Positions 26,812-37,124 of a stretch of DNA of 64,000 bases are shown piece after piece. Every line of letters begins with the position of its first letter. Within the stretch, counting starts at the first letter, position 1. The stretch spans positions 96,001-160,000 of the forward strand of contig CAWFDF010000009.1 of NCBI GenBank assembly GCA_963814585.1. The letters are read 5' to 3'. Position numbers and translations under genes: made by a program. Below the pieces are notes generated by a model that saw nothing but the letters and a program-made list of their open reading frames with translations, had not been told where the DNA came from and did no database searches. This DNA comes from an uncultured delta proteobacterium (GTDB taxonomy: Bacteria; Myxococcota; Myxococcia; Myxococcales; Anaeromyxobacteraceae).

Positions 26812-27099
26812 CTACTTCTTCGCCTTCTTGTTGAACGCGTCCTTGAGCGCCTTGGCCGGGGCGATCTTCACGACCGTCTTGGCCGCGATCTTGATCTGCT
26901 CGCCGGTGGCCGGGTTGCGGCCGATGCGCGCCTTGCGGTCGACCAGCTTGACCGCGCCGAGGCCGCCGAGCGGGATCTTCCCCTCGCCCTTGAGCCGCTT
27001 CATCACCACGTCCTCGACGGCCGCGAAGACCGCCTTGGCCTGCACCTTGGAAACACCGGCCGTCTCGGCCACCGCCTGGAAGAACTGGGCCTGCGTCAT
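26812..27099 (-). CDS. HU-family DNA-binding protein
   Basis: MTQAQFF...RKARIGRNPATGEQIKIAAK. Confidence 0.95.
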   Translation of the reverse strand: MTQAQFFQAVAETAGVSKVQAKAVFAAVEDVVMKRLKGEGKIPLGGLGAVKLVDRKARIGRNPATGEQIKIAAKTVVKIAPAKALKDAFNKKAKK

Positions 27100-27300
27100 G
27101 TCGGAGAACCCTCCTGCCGCCACGGGTCGATTTGGAGAAACAGGGCAGCGATGGCTGAGGGTGATATCGCTTCCGGATCGGGGAGTCAACTTCCCACCTT
27201 CACGATCACCCTGAAAAACGGGCCTTCCGTGAGGATCGCCGCCACGCCGCCGGCCCTCCCCCGAAGGCGCCCGGCGGCCGGGCGCGGACAGGACGGCGCG

Positions 27301-28428
27301 TCAACGGAGGGCCGCCACCACCTCCCAGAGGATGAGCAGGATGATGACCACCTCGAGCAGCTCCGAGCGGGAGGTGTCGGCGGCCTCGCCGGTCAGGTCG
27401 TTGACCTCGGCCAGCAGCTTCTGCTTGCGCAGGACCGTCTCCTGCCAGGCCGCCAGGCGGAAGCGCCGCACGGCGCTCTGGTAGAGGCGCGCCAGGTAGA
27501 AGTCCCCGACGATTTTCACAGCGTTTTCCAGCCGTTCGATCATCTCCGACAGCTCCAGCAGCAGCGCCGCGGTCTTGCGCTGCAGCTTGCGGAACTTGCG
27601 GGTCAGCACATGGGTGACGAGGTTCCCGCCTTGCTCCAGCTCGTCGTAGAGCCGGTGGAGCTCCCGGTCGAGCAGGTCGTCGTAGTAGCGGAGCTCCAGC
27701 AGGTGGGCGGTGGCGAACTCGAGCAGGTCCGGGACGTCGTCGAGGCCGGACGGCTCGAGCACGAAGGCGCTGTTCCAGTGGACCACCACCAGGTCGGTCT
27801 CGAGGTAGCTGAAGTGGTGCGACAACACGTCCTGGCGCTCCGACGCCGAGATCGGGGTCGTGGAGGCCTCTCCGAGCAGGAGGGCCGGGATCGGCTCCGT
27901 CGACAGCAGCTCCCTGGCCCGGACCGGGTGGCCCTGGAACGATCGGACGTAGAAGACCTGGTAGGTCTCGTGCCCCTTCCAGCCGTGAGGCCGCTCCAGC
28001 GCGGGGGCCAGCGCCTTGCCGATCTCGTCGGCCTCGCGCCGGGCGGCGGCGTCGAGCGCGGTGTTGGTGGAGGCCATGAGCCACTCGGCCAGCGGCACCA
28101 GGCTCCCCAGCGTCGTCCCCGGGCGGATGGGGATGGCGTAGCGGACGCTCACCACGCCGTAGTCGAAGACGTGGGCGGAGGCGATGGCCGAGGCCCGGCC
28201 GGCCGGCAGCTCCAGCTCGCGGCTTCCGAGCGCCAGGTGGAGCGGCGGGCGCGGGAACTCGATGGCCGAGGCGCTCAGGGCCCGGTCGATCTTGAGCCGG
28301 CCGGCCGGCGCCGCCGCCAGCACCTCGGCGCGGGCCAGGTCCACCGCATCCGCGACGTCGAAGAGCCGGTAGACCAGCACCGCCCCGTCGGCCACCTTCA
28401 GGCCGTCCTTCGGCTCCCTGGCGTCCAT
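27301..28428 (-). CDS. Conserved protein, RMD1/DUF155-like
   Basis: Long helical region LLELRYYDDLLD; C-terminal ELLEVVIILLILWEV TM. Confidence 0.6.
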   Translation of the reverse strand: MDAREPKDGLKVADGAVLVYRLFDVADAVDLARAEVLAAAPAGRLKIDRALSASAIEFPRPPLHLALGSRELELPAGRASAIASAHVFDYGVVSVRYAIPIRPGTTLGSLVPLAEWLMASTNTALDAAARREADEIGKALAPALERPHGWKGHETYQVFYVRSFQGHPVRARELLSTEPIPALLLGEASTTPISASERQDVLSHHFSYLETDLVVVHWNSAFVLEPSGLDDVPDLLEFATAHLLELRYYDDLLDRELHRLYDELEQGGNLVTHVLTRKFRKLQRKTAALLLELSEMIERLENAVKIVGDFYLARLYQSAVRRFRLAAWQETVLRKQKLLAEVNDLTGEAADTSRSELLEVVIILLILWEVVAALR

Positions 28429-28561
28429 CCGGCCAGCTTAGCCGAGGCGCGGCAGGCGCCTCGCGGACCCCCAACGGGGGAGGGAAAATAAAGTGTCGTC
28501 AGGCCCTCTTATACGTTGCTGTCACATGGTCACCTGACTGATATCTACCCTGGACTCGTCG

Positions 28562-29509
28562 TTGGCAGGGGGGCACTTGGTGGGGACCGAGCTCGTCAAT
28601 CCGCGGCGCGCACCGAGGGTCACCCACCGCTGCCGGGTGGACGTGCGCGACCGGTTCTCCTCCTGGACCGCGGCCACCGAGGATCTCGGCCCGCTCGGCT
28701 GCCAGCTGGTGACGCCGCGGCTGGCCGCCCCCGGGCGCGAGCTGAAGCTGCGCATCTACTGCGAGGCCATCGGCCAGACCATCGAGGCCAGCGGCAAGGT
28801 GGTCTGGTCGCGCGCCGAGTCCCCCTCGCGGCTCGGCATCCAGTTCCAGGCGCCCCGCTCCCACCCGGCCTGGTTCGACGTGCTGGTGCGGGCCGACCCG
28901 GGCGCGACCACCGCCGCCCACCGCCTGCCGGACCGGCTGCCGACCTCGGCGGTGCTGTGGCTCGGCCCGCCGCCGCGCTTCATCTCCGACTTCTCCGCGG
29001 AGGAGGTGGCGGTGCTGCGCCGCATCGGCACCGGCCTCTCCATCGGGTCGCTGGCGGACCAGCTCGGCTCGGCCTTCGAGCGGGTGCGCGGCTCCATCTT
29101 CTCCCTGCTGGCCCGGCGGCTGCTCGTGCTCGACGCCGCCGAGGCGGTGCCGCCGGCGCGCTGGACCGAGCCGCTGGCCGCGGCCGAGCGCGCCCTGGCC
29201 GCCGCGGGCGTGAGGCTGCCGGCGCCGACGGTGGGGCCGAACGCCGCCTCGGGCCGGAGCGCCGCGGCGCAGGCGCTGTTCGACGAGGGGATCGCCCACC
29301 TGACCGCCGGCCGGATCGAGGTGGCGGTGGCGCGGCTGCGCGAGGCGCGGCGCCTGGCGCCCACCGATCCGCTCATCGCCGGCGCGCTGCAGCGGCTCTC
29401 GCCGTGGGCGGCGCGCGACCTGGACGGGGAGCCTGGCCAGGGCCAGGAGGCCTCCGCCACCGCCGGGGCCGCCGCCAAGCCGCGCGGCGCGGGACGCTTC
29501 CCGCGCTGA
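28562..29509 (+). CDS. PilZ-domain protein with C-terminal TPR-like helices
   Basis: RRAPR and DLGPLG PilZ-like motifs, GKVVW...LGIQF; start uncertain. Confidence 0.78.
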   Translation: MAGGHLVGTELVNPRRAPRVTHRCRVDVRDRFSSWTAATEDLGPLGCQLVTPRLAAPGRELKLRIYCEAIGQTIEASGKVVWSRAESPSRLGIQFQAPRSHPAWFDVLVRADPGATTAAHRLPDRLPTSAVLWLGPPPRFISDFSAEEVAVLRRIGTGLSIGSLADQLGSAFERVRGSIFSLLARRLLVLDAAEAVPPARWTEPLAAAERALAAAGVRLPAPTVGPNAASGRSAAAQALFDEGIAHLTAGRIEVAVARLREARRLAPTDPLIAGALQRLSPWAARDLDGEPGQGQEASATAGAAAKPRGAGRFPR

Positions 29510-29530
29510 GCCGGAGCGGCGCGGTGAGGC

Positions 29531-30991
29531 CTACGTCCCGACCACCCGCAGGCTGCGCGCCACCGCCGGGCGCTGCTCGAAGTCGATCAGGTACTCGCCG
29601 GAGAAGCAGGCGTCGCAGTAGGTCTGCCGCTTCTCACCGATGGCCTCGTACATCCCCGGCAGCGAGAGGTAGCCGAGGCTGTCGGCGGTGACGTAGGTGG
29701 CGATCTGGGCCTGGTCGTGGGTGGCGGCGATCAGCTCCTGGCGGGTCGGCGTGTCGATGCCGTAGTAGCAGGGCCAGGCGGTGGGCGGCGAGGAGATGCG
29801 CAGGTGGACCTCGCTGGCCCCGGCGGCGCGGATCATCTTGACGATCTTGCGGCTGGTGGTGCCGCGGACGATCGAGTCGTCCACCACCACCACCCGCTTC
29901 CCCTTGAGCACGTCCCGCAGCGCGTTGAGCTTCAGCTTGACGCCGAAGTGGCGGATCTGCTGCGAGGGCTCGATGAAGGTCCGTCCCACGTAGTGGCTGC
30001 GGACCAGCCCCATGTTGAACGGGATGCCGCTCTGCTCGGCGTAGCCGATGGCGGCCGGCACGCCCGAGTCGGGGACCGGGATGACCAGGTCGGCCGGGAC
30101 CGGGTGCTCCACCGCCAGCCTCCGGCCGAAGGCGTGGCGGGTGGCGTAGACCGAGCGGCCGAAGAGGATCGAGTCGGGGCGGGCGAAGTAGATGGCCTCG
30201 AAGATGCACCGGCCCAGCCGCTTCTCGGCGGGACGATCCGGGAAGAGCCGCTCGCTGCGCAGCCCGTCGCGGTCGACGATGATCAGCTCTCCCGGCTCCA
30301 CCTCGCGGACGTAGTCGGCCTCGATGAGGTCGAGGGCGGTGGTCTCGCTGGCCATCACCCACTGCCCCTTGAGCTTCCCCAGCACCAGGGGGCGGAAGCC
30401 CATGGGGTCGCGGACGCCGACCATGGCGGAGGGGGTGAGGAAGAGCAGCGAGTAGGCGCCGGAGACGCGGCCCAGCGCCTCGCGGACCGAGGCCAGCAGC
30501 TGCGCCGGCGAGCCGGGCGGGTGGATCACCCGGGAGCGGGCGATGAGGTGGACGATCACCTCGGTGTCGCTCGAGGAGGTGAAGATCGAGCCGGCCGACT
30601 CCAGCTCGTGGCGCAGGTGGTCGGCGTTCACCAGGTTGCCGTTGTGGCCGACCGCCACCGCGCCGCCGGCGTACTCGACGGCGAAGGGCTGGGCGTTCTT
30701 GACGTGGCTGGCCCCGGTGGTCGAGTAGCGGACGTGGCCGATGGCCGCCCCGCCCTTCAGGCCGGCGATCACGCCGGCGGTGAAGATGTCGGCGACGTGG
30801 CCCATGTCGCGGTGGACGTGGAGGGTCTGGCCGTCGGTGGAGACGATCCCGGCCGCCTCCTGCCCGCGGTGCTGGAGGGCGTGCAGGCCGAGGTAGGTGA
30901 AGTTGGCCGCCTCGACCTGCTGGCCGAGCCCCCAGATCCCGAAGATCCCGCACTCGTCCTTCAGCTTGTCGTAGACGGCGTCGTACCCCAT
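29531..30991 (-). CDS. purF: Amidophosphoribosyltransferase
   Basis: ECGIFG, LQHRGQE, GHVRYST, VDDSIVRGTT, CYYGID. Confidence 0.98.
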   Translation of the reverse strand: MGYDAVYDKLKDECGIFGIWGLGQQVEAANFTYLGLHALQHRGQEAAGIVSTDGQTLHVHRDMGHVADIFTAGVIAGLKGGAAIGHVRYSTTGASHVKNAQPFAVEYAGGAVAVGHNGNLVNADHLRHELESAGSIFTSSSDTEVIVHLIARSRVIHPPGSPAQLLASVREALGRVSGAYSLLFLTPSAMVGVRDPMGFRPLVLGKLKGQWVMASETTALDLIEADYVREVEPGELIIVDRDGLRSERLFPDRPAEKRLGRCIFEAIYFARPDSILFGRSVYATRHAFGRRLAVEHPVPADLVIPVPDSGVPAAIGYAEQSGIPFNMGLVRSHYVGRTFIEPSQQIRHFGVKLKLNALRDVLKGKRVVVVDDSIVRGTTSRKIVKMIRAAGASEVHLRISSPPTAWPCYYGIDTPTRQELIAATHDQAQIATYVTADSLGYLSLPGMYEAIGEKRQTYCDACFSGEYLIDFEQRPAVARSLRVVGT

Positions 30992-31018
30992 GAGGCGGCG
31001 GAGTATAACCGTCCGGAC

Positions 31019-32335
31019 TTGAAAAGGAACCCCGCCCGCCGGGCCCTGGCTGCCCTCGCCGCCGCCGCCATCGCGCTGGTGGTGGCGCTGGCCCTGCTCT
31101 CGCTGCCGTGGCGCGCCGAGCGCCCGCAGCCACCGCCCGGCGTGACCTCGCTCGCCGCCGGGAGCGGGCCGCTCCTGGCGGGCGCGGCGGTGCGGCCGCT
31201 CGACCTCGGCCCGGCCCCGCTCATCGGCGGCTTCCCCCGCTGGCGGTGGCTGGCCGAGGGCGTGCGCGACCCCGTCACCGCCCGGGCGCTGGTGCTCGAG
31301 CAGCCGGGCGCCCGGGTGGCGCTGGTCTCGGTGGAGCTCCTGCTGGTCCCCGAGGCGCTCGACGAGGCGGTGCGGGGCCGCCTCTCGGATCTCGGCCTCG
31401 ACGCGCTCCTGCTCGCCCCCACCCACACCCACGCCGGTCCGGGCGGGTACTGGGACTCCCTGGCGGGTGAGGTGGGCGCGACCGGCCCCTACCACCCGGA
31501 CACCTTCGCGCGGCTGGTCGACGACCTGGTCGCCACCGTGCGAGCCGCCCACGCGGCGCGCGGGCCGGCCCGCCTGGAGGTGATCCGCGCCCGGCTCGAG
31601 GGGCTGTCCCGCAGCCGGACCGGGGCCGAGCCCGACGGCCGGCTGCTGGTGGTCCGGCTGGCCCGGCCGAGCGGCGAGCCGGTGGCCGAGCTGGTCGGCT
31701 TCCCGGCCCACGCCACCTTCCTCGGCAGGTGGAACCGCCAGCTCAGCGGCGACTGGCCCGGGCGGCTGCTGGTGGCCGGGGCGCGCGGGCCGCGCCTCTT
31801 CGTCCAGGGGGCCATCGGCGACCAGTCGGTGCGGCTGCCCCCGGGCGCGGTGGGGCCGGGCGAGCCGGAGCACGCCGCCTACGCCCGGCTGCTGGGTGAC
31901 TCGATCGACGTGCTGGGCGGGCGGTCGTTCGCGGCCTCGCCGCGGCTGGCGGTGGCCTCCGCCACCGTGGCGCTGCCGGCGCTCGCCCCCGGCGCCGTGC
32001 CCGCGCTGCTCCGCCCCGCCGCCCGCTCGCTGCTGGAAGGGCTGCTGCCGGGCTCGGCGCGGGTGACCGCGCTGCGGCTGGGGCCGGTGCTGCTGGTGGC
32101 CACGCCGGCCGAGCCCGTGGAGGCGGTGGGGCGGGCCTGGCGCGCGGCGGCCGGGCCGGACGCCGAGCTGCTCTCGCTGGTGGGCGGCTACGTCGGCTAC
32201 GTGGACACCGCGTCCCGGTTCACCGCTGGTGAGGGTGAGGCCCGGCGCAGCTACTACGGCCCGGGGCTGGCGGCGCGGCTGGAGGAGGCGGTGGTGAGCG
32301 CGGCCCGGGCCGTGGATCCGGCGCCCCCGCGCTGA
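31019..32335 (+). CDS. Neutral/alkaline ceramidase-like exported protein
   Basis: Signal anchor, RDPVTARALV, THTHAGPG, PAHAT, SGDWPG, QGAIGD. Confidence 0.78.
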   Translation: MKRNPARRALAALAAAAIALVVALALLSLPWRAERPQPPPGVTSLAAGSGPLLAGAAVRPLDLGPAPLIGGFPRWRWLAEGVRDPVTARALVLEQPGARVALVSVELLLVPEALDEAVRGRLSDLGLDALLLAPTHTHAGPGGYWDSLAGEVGATGPYHPDTFARLVDDLVATVRAAHAARGPARLEVIRARLEGLSRSRTGAEPDGRLLVVRLARPSGEPVAELVGFPAHATFLGRWNRQLSGDWPGRLLVAGARGPRLFVQGAIGDQSVRLPPGAVGPGEPEHAAYARLLGDSIDVLGGRSFAASPRLAVASATVALPALAPGAVPALLRPAARSLLEGLLPGSARVTALRLGPVLLVATPAEPVEAVGRAWRAAAGPDAELLSLVGGYVGYVDTASRFTAGEGEARRSYYGPGLAARLEEAVVSAARAVDPAPPR

Positions 32336-32340
32336 GCCGC

Positions 32341-32365
32341 CGGTCCCCGGTCCCCGGGTCCCCGG
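32341..32365. repeat. Short GGTCCCC(G) tandem repeat (x3) between convergent genes
   Basis: cggtccccggtccccgggtccccgg. Confidence 0.5.
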
Positions 32366-32369
32366 AGCG

Positions 32370-32822
32370 CTAGCGCTGGCCGGCCGGCGGCAGGGTCTCG
32401 AACGGGCCGCCGCGCGGCGCCTTCTCGAAGGCCTCGCGCAGCGCGTCCGGCGGCGCGGCCAGCCGGCGGGCCTTCATGTCCATCCAGCCGCCCAGCACCA
32501 CGATGCGGGCCGCCTGCTTGCCGTTCTGCTTGAAGAGGTCGTGGGCCACCTTGAAGCGGGTGCCGTCGGGGGAGAGGCCGAGGGTGGTGAAGGTGATGGT
32601 CAGCTCCTCGCCCATGTGGCACTCGCGCAGGTAGTCGATCTCCTCGCGGAGCAGCACCGGGCTGACCCCGTGCTGCCGCATCTCGGCGAGGCCGAACTCG
32701 TGCTCGGCCAGGTAGGCCATGCGGACCTCGATGGCGTACTCGCTGTAGCCGGTGTTGCGCAGGTGGCCGTTGGCGTCGCAGTCGGCCCAGCGGATCCTGA
32801 ACTGCCTCTCGTAGCGGTCCAC
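32370..32822 (-). CDS. Acyl-CoA thioesterase (4HBT/hotdog family)
   Basis: IRWADCDANGHLRN; GGAG before GTG at 32822. Confidence 0.85.
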   Translation of the reverse strand: MDRYERQFRIRWADCDANGHLRNTGYSEYAIEVRMAYLAEHEFGLAEMRQHGVSPVLLREEIDYLRECHMGEELTITFTTLGLSPDGTRFKVAHDLFKQNGKQAARIVVLGGWMDMKARRLAAPPDALREAFEKAPRGGPFETLPPAGQR

Positions 32823-32886
32823 GGCGGCTCCCGGCGGCCCCACGGTCGGGCGGGCCTCGAGCGCCGGTTCTAGCGCGAGCCGCCGC

Positions 32887-34584
32887 TCATGGCGAGAGCC
32901 ACCAGAGCACCCCGGCGCCGGCGGCGCTCACCAGCGCGGCGGTGCCGGCGATCCAGGCGTTCCGGCTGGCGGCGTCGCCCTGGTCGACGAGGGCGGCCTG
33001 GTCGGCCGGGTCCACCCCGGGCGCGAGGATGCCGCCGGGGAGCACCATGGCGTCGGCGTCTCCGTAGGCCTGGTGGGCGGTCCAGCCCTGTTGCGCGGAG
33101 AGCCCGGCCAGGCCGACGGCCAGCACGGTGGTCCCGATGGCGAGGGGCTTCAGCCAGGCCGGCGGGGGGCTGGCGGAGGCCGGCTTCACCGGAGGCGCGG
33201 TCACGGCGGCGGCGATCGGGTCGGCGGGCGGCGGACGGGCCGCGAGATCCGGCGCCGCCGCGGCGGGGGTCGACGCGCTGCTCGCCGGGCGAGGCGCCGT
33301 GGCGGCCGGCCCGGGCGCGGCGGCCGGGGGCGAGGCGGACGGGGGCGCGGGGCGGGCGGGAGGTGGCGCGGAGGCGGCTCCGGCGGCTGATCCGCTGGCG
33401 GTGGCGGCCGCGGTGGCGGTGGCGGGAATTGCCGCCGCCGCGGCAGAGCCCGGTCCCGGAGCGGCCGCTGCGGCCACCGGCGCGGCGGTCCTGGCCCGCC
33501 CCTTGGACGGCCGGGGCGGCGGGGCCGCCGGGCGGGACGCCAGCCGGGCCCGGTCGTTCACCTCGCGTGACGGGGTCCCGGTCAGCAGGAAGGCGGCCAG
33601 CGCGCCGAGACTCCCGGACGGCACCCCGCCGCCCACCACGCGCACGCTCCCCTCGCGCTGCAGCGCCCCGTTCCGGACGTCGTAGACCGCGCCGACCAGG
33701 AACGGGGCCTCCCCCTCCAGCGCGCGGGTGGTGACCACCAGCCGGTCCACGCCGAGCCAGGCCCCGGCCTTCACCAGCGGGGCGCCCCGCTCACCGGCCG
33801 GCAGGGCCAGCGCCGGCCCGCTGGCGATCCGCACCGCCTCGGCCAGGGCGAAGTCGAGGGTGACGGTGCGGTCCTCCGCCGACAGGTCGACCGTCACCGA
33901 CGGCGGCCGCAGCTCGCCGGCCGCGCCCGCCACCCGGTAGGCACCGGCCGGCAGCATCACCGTCACCGGCGAGGGGCCGACGTCGCGCCCGCCCACGTAG
34001 ATGGTCCCGGACCGCCCGCCCGAGGCGACGGTGAGCCGCCGCCGTGGCATGGCGCGGACCCGGGCCCGCAGCTCCTCGAAGTGGGCCCGGTAGCCGGGGG
34101 CGTAGAGCATGGGGTCGAGCTGGTGCGACGGGTCGACCCGGAGGAGCGCCAGCTGCGTGGCGTCGGACTCCTCCCGCTGGCCCATGGTGAGCTGGAGGTG
34201 GGAGAGCCGCATCATGGCCCGGGTCCACTGCTGCCAGACCGCCTCGCCCTCGGGGAGCTCCTCGAGGTCGGCGACCACGGCCTTGAGGGTGCGCCCGGCG
34301 CTCTCGTACTCCCCGTTCTGGTAGACGGCCAGCGCCCCGTTGAAGGCCCGGTCGAGCTCGGAGGCGGTGGCGTCGCCGCTCCGTCCCTGCAGCCGGGCCC
34401 GCATCTCCGGGGCCTGCAGCACGCCGGGCACCCGCTCGGCGCAGGCGGCCCGGAGCTGGTGCGTCAGCTCGATGAGGTCGGGATCGACCGCCGCCGGCTC
34501 GTGGACCGCCAGCACGGCGACCCGCTCGCCCGGGCCGGGCGGCGCCACCAGGGTGAGGGCGGCGATGACGGCGAGGGGGCTCAC
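32887..34584 (-). CDS. Exported TPR-like/PEGA-like protein with C-terminal hydrophobic hairpin
   Basis: Signal peptide, helical region, PEGA-like IYVGGRDVGPSP...LPAGAYRV, A/P-rich linker, two C-terminal hydrophobic helices. Confidence 0.65.
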   Translation of the reverse strand: MSPLAVIAALTLVAPPGPGERVAVLAVHEPAAVDPDLIELTHQLRAACAERVPGVLQAPEMRARLQGRSGDATASELDRAFNGALAVYQNGEYESAGRTLKAVVADLEELPEGEAVWQQWTRAMMRLSHLQLTMGQREESDATQLALLRVDPSHQLDPMLYAPGYRAHFEELRARVRAMPRRRLTVASGGRSGTIYVGGRDVGPSPVTVMLPAGAYRVAGAAGELRPPSVTVDLSAEDRTVTLDFALAEAVRIASGPALALPAGERGAPLVKAGAWLGVDRLVVTTRALEGEAPFLVGAVYDVRNGALQREGSVRVVGGGVPSGSLGALAAFLLTGTPSREVNDRARLASRPAAPPPRPSKGRARTAAPVAAAAAPGPGSAAAAAIPATATAAATASGSAAGAASAPPPARPAPPSASPPAAAPGPAATAPRPASSASTPAAAAPDLAARPPPADPIAAAVTAPPVKPASASPPPAWLKPLAIGTTVLAVGLAGLSAQQGWTAHQAYGDADAMVLPGGILAPGVDPADQAALVDQGDAASRNAWIAGTAALVSAAGAGVLWWLSP

Positions 34585-36180
34585 GGCGGCAGGGCGGTGG
34601 AGAGGTTCCCGGTGTTCCTCGGGTCGTGGAAGGCCTTGGGCCAGGGGGCGGAGGCGTCGAGCCGGCCGTCGAGGATGACGGCGTAGAGCCTGCCGTTGGC
34701 GGCCGGGAGGTAGGCGGTGGAGAGCGTGGCGCCGGCCGGCGCGAAGATGCCGGGGGGGCGGAGCGGGATGGCCGCCGGGGCGAGCTGGACCGTCCAGCGC
34801 AGCGTGCCGGCGCCGTCGAGCGCGCTCAGGTTGCCGTGGCCGTCGGCCACCACCACCGCGTCGTCGCCGGCGAGGAGCAGTGGCGTGAGCGGGACGCCGG
34901 GGAGGGCGGCGCTCTGCCAGCGGGCGCTGCCGGTGCTGGTCCAGCAGGAGAGCACCTTGCCCTTCTCGGGCACCACCACGTCGCCGTTGGCCCGCACCAC
35001 CGGCCCGTCGGCGGGGAGGCCGGTGGCGGCGAGCGGCGTGACGAGGCCGGCCGGCGAGATGGAGAAGAGCGAGTTGCCCCCGGCGGCGGGGGTGGTGAGG
35101 GCGAGGATGTCACCGGTGGAGCGGAGCGCCAGGGGGGCGGCAATCGGCGAGCCGAGCGAGGCGGGTGAGGACCAGCTCTCGACCGGGAATCCGAGTACGT
35201 GTCGAGGCTGAAGCGCGCGCAGGTTGTTCCCCTCTGCGCCAAAGAAGGTCGACCCTTGCGCGATCGGCTGATAGAGAGCACTTCGCCCGGGTACATTGGC
35301 GAATTGCCGCACACGCCACCCTGCACCGAGTAGAAGCGCCCAGAGGCCGATGAGGCGAAGCGGTCCCCACGTGAGTTCGAGCGCGAGCCCCTTCACCGCC
35401 GCCTGCGTGTTGCACACCATCTCCACCACCGCCGGATCCGCCGGCGCCGCTGGCAGCGTCACCCGGTAGACCCTCCCGTCGTCGCTCGGCACCCAGGTGC
35501 CGTCGCTCCCCACCACCACCGGCGCCGTCAACGCGCCGGTGCCGACCGCCACCGGGGCCCGGACCGCCGCGCCGGCAGGCCCGATGAAGTGGAGCTTCCC
35601 GTTGGTGCCGCCGAAGATGGCGGTCCCCAGATCATCGACCGCCACGGCGCCTGGCACCGGCACCGGCAGCTCCCCCGGCGCGAACTCCACCGACCACCTC
35701 AGCCTGCGTCACCGTCCCGACCGGCCGCGAGGCCGTCGCCCGGTTCCCCGCCACGTCGCGCGCCTCCACCGTCAGCTCGACCGGCCGCTCGAAGGCCGGG
35801 AACGGCCAGTCCCCGAGCGGCAGGCTGCCCTGCCAGGTGCCGCCCTGCAGCGTGAGCGGCACCGCCGTGGCCGGCGCCAGGTCGAGGCTGGCGGTGACCG
35901 CGGCCAGCTGGATGTCGTCGTGGGCCACGGCCGAGACCGTCACCACCGAGTCGCGCAGGCACGGCGCCAGGCAGGTGACCGTGACCGAGTCGATGACCGG
36001 CGCCCCGGCGTGGGGCCAGCAGACGCCGGCCGGGTCGCAGTACTCGCCCCCGGCGCACTCGGCGTCGGCGGTGCACCGCGTGCGCGGCGCCGGCGCGCCG
36101 CACGCCAGCAGCGCCGCCTGCGCCACCGACAGCACCGCCACTCCTCCGAGCCTCCACATGAACGGCCTCCGCATGACCAC
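34581..36180 (-). CDS. Cys-rich lipoprotein with PQQ-like beta-propeller (frameshift at ~35706; probable further indels at 35160-35400)
   Basis: Lipobox LLAC, CTADAECAGGEYC, Ig-like ARDVAGN; removing one base joins ORF 35632-36180 to ORF 34581-35690 as VTRLRWSVEF; propeller repeats and terminal WPKAFHDPRNTG. Confidence 0.75.
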
Positions 36181-36188
36181 CCTCCGGA

Positions 36189-36830
36189 TCAGAACGTGAA
36201 GCGGATGGCCGTCCCGGCGGCCAGGGCGGCGGCGCCCACGCCGTAGGCCACGGCGCTCTGGGTCCGGTGGCTCCGCCAGGCGTCGTCGGCCGCCACCCAG
36301 TCCTCGGGCGTGGTGGCGGCGTCCGCCTTCCTGGCGTCGTCCCGGGCCTGCAGCCCGAGCACCAGCCCGGCCGCGACCGAGATGGCCCCGCCCACCCAGA
36401 GCGTCCAGGTGGCCGGCTTGACCCAGGCCGGGTGCTGCGTCCCGGCGACGCGCTGCAGCCCGCGCAGCGCGGCCGCCAGCGGCGCCACCGGATCGGCCCC
36501 GGTCGGCACCTGGAGCGTCCGCCAGGCCAGCTCCTCCTCCGCGGCCGAGGTCAGGATCAGCGTGTAGCGGCTCCCCTCCGGGCTGCCGGCCGCCACCGAC
36601 GACACCGCCCGCTCCAGGCCGGCCCGCCCGGCGGCCCGGGCCGCCTCGGCCGGGGACTCGCAGGCCACGCCGTAGTCGAGCACGTCGCGGCCGAGCGTCC
36701 GCCCGGCCTCGAGGATGGCCTCGGGGCGGGCCAGCGCGGGATCTCCGGCCAGCCTCGGCCGGCAGAGCAGCATGCGATCGCCGCCGGCGCCGAGGACCAG
36801 CGAGACGAGCAGGGCTGTGGTCAGGGGCAT
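36189..36830 (-). CDS. Exported/membrane hypothetical protein with C-terminal hydrophobic hairpin
   Basis: ATG at 36830, signal peptide, PAWVKP followed by two hydrophobic helices. Confidence 0.65.
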   Translation of the reverse strand: MPLTTALLVSLVLGAGGDRMLLCRPRLAGDPALARPEAILEAGRTLGRDVLDYGVACESPAEAARAAGRAGLERAVSSVAAGSPEGSRYTLILTSAAEEELAWRTLQVPTGADPVAPLAAALRGLQRVAGTQHPAWVKPATWTLWVGGAISVAAGLVLGLQARDDARKADAATTPEDWVAADDAWRSHRTQSAVAYGVGAAALAAGTAIRFTF

Positions 36831-37044
36831 GGGGGGCCTCGACCGCGACGGTGAGTGGATCCGGGGGCCTTCGTGTTCACCATACCCCGGCGAGGGCTGC
36901 AAGGACCATGCGCTGGTGATCGGGGCCGATCCGTCGCTCCCCCCGGTGCCCGGGGCGGCCGCCAGGCGGACCCCCGGTCCGCGAGACGGCCAGTCCTGGT
37001 CGGACCCGGCCGGAGATCAGCCCACCTTTCGCCGGCTTGGAACG

Positions 37045-37060
37045 TGGCACGCCGCGAGCA
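37045..37060 (+). promoter_or_regulatory. Possible sigma54 promoter
   Basis: TGGCACG-CCGC-GAGCA with GG-N10-GC spacing, 65 bp upstream of the lipoprotein start. Confidence 0.4.
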
Positions 37061-37124
37061 AACACTTTCTAGCGGATCCGCCACCCCGACCCCGTGTACG
37101 GTTGCCGAAGAGGAGACCCTCGCC

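Noticed and set aside
35160..35400. Diversity-generating retroelement variable region
   Set aside because: No reverse transcriptase and no template-repeat copy found in the window; the patch is internal rather than C-terminal
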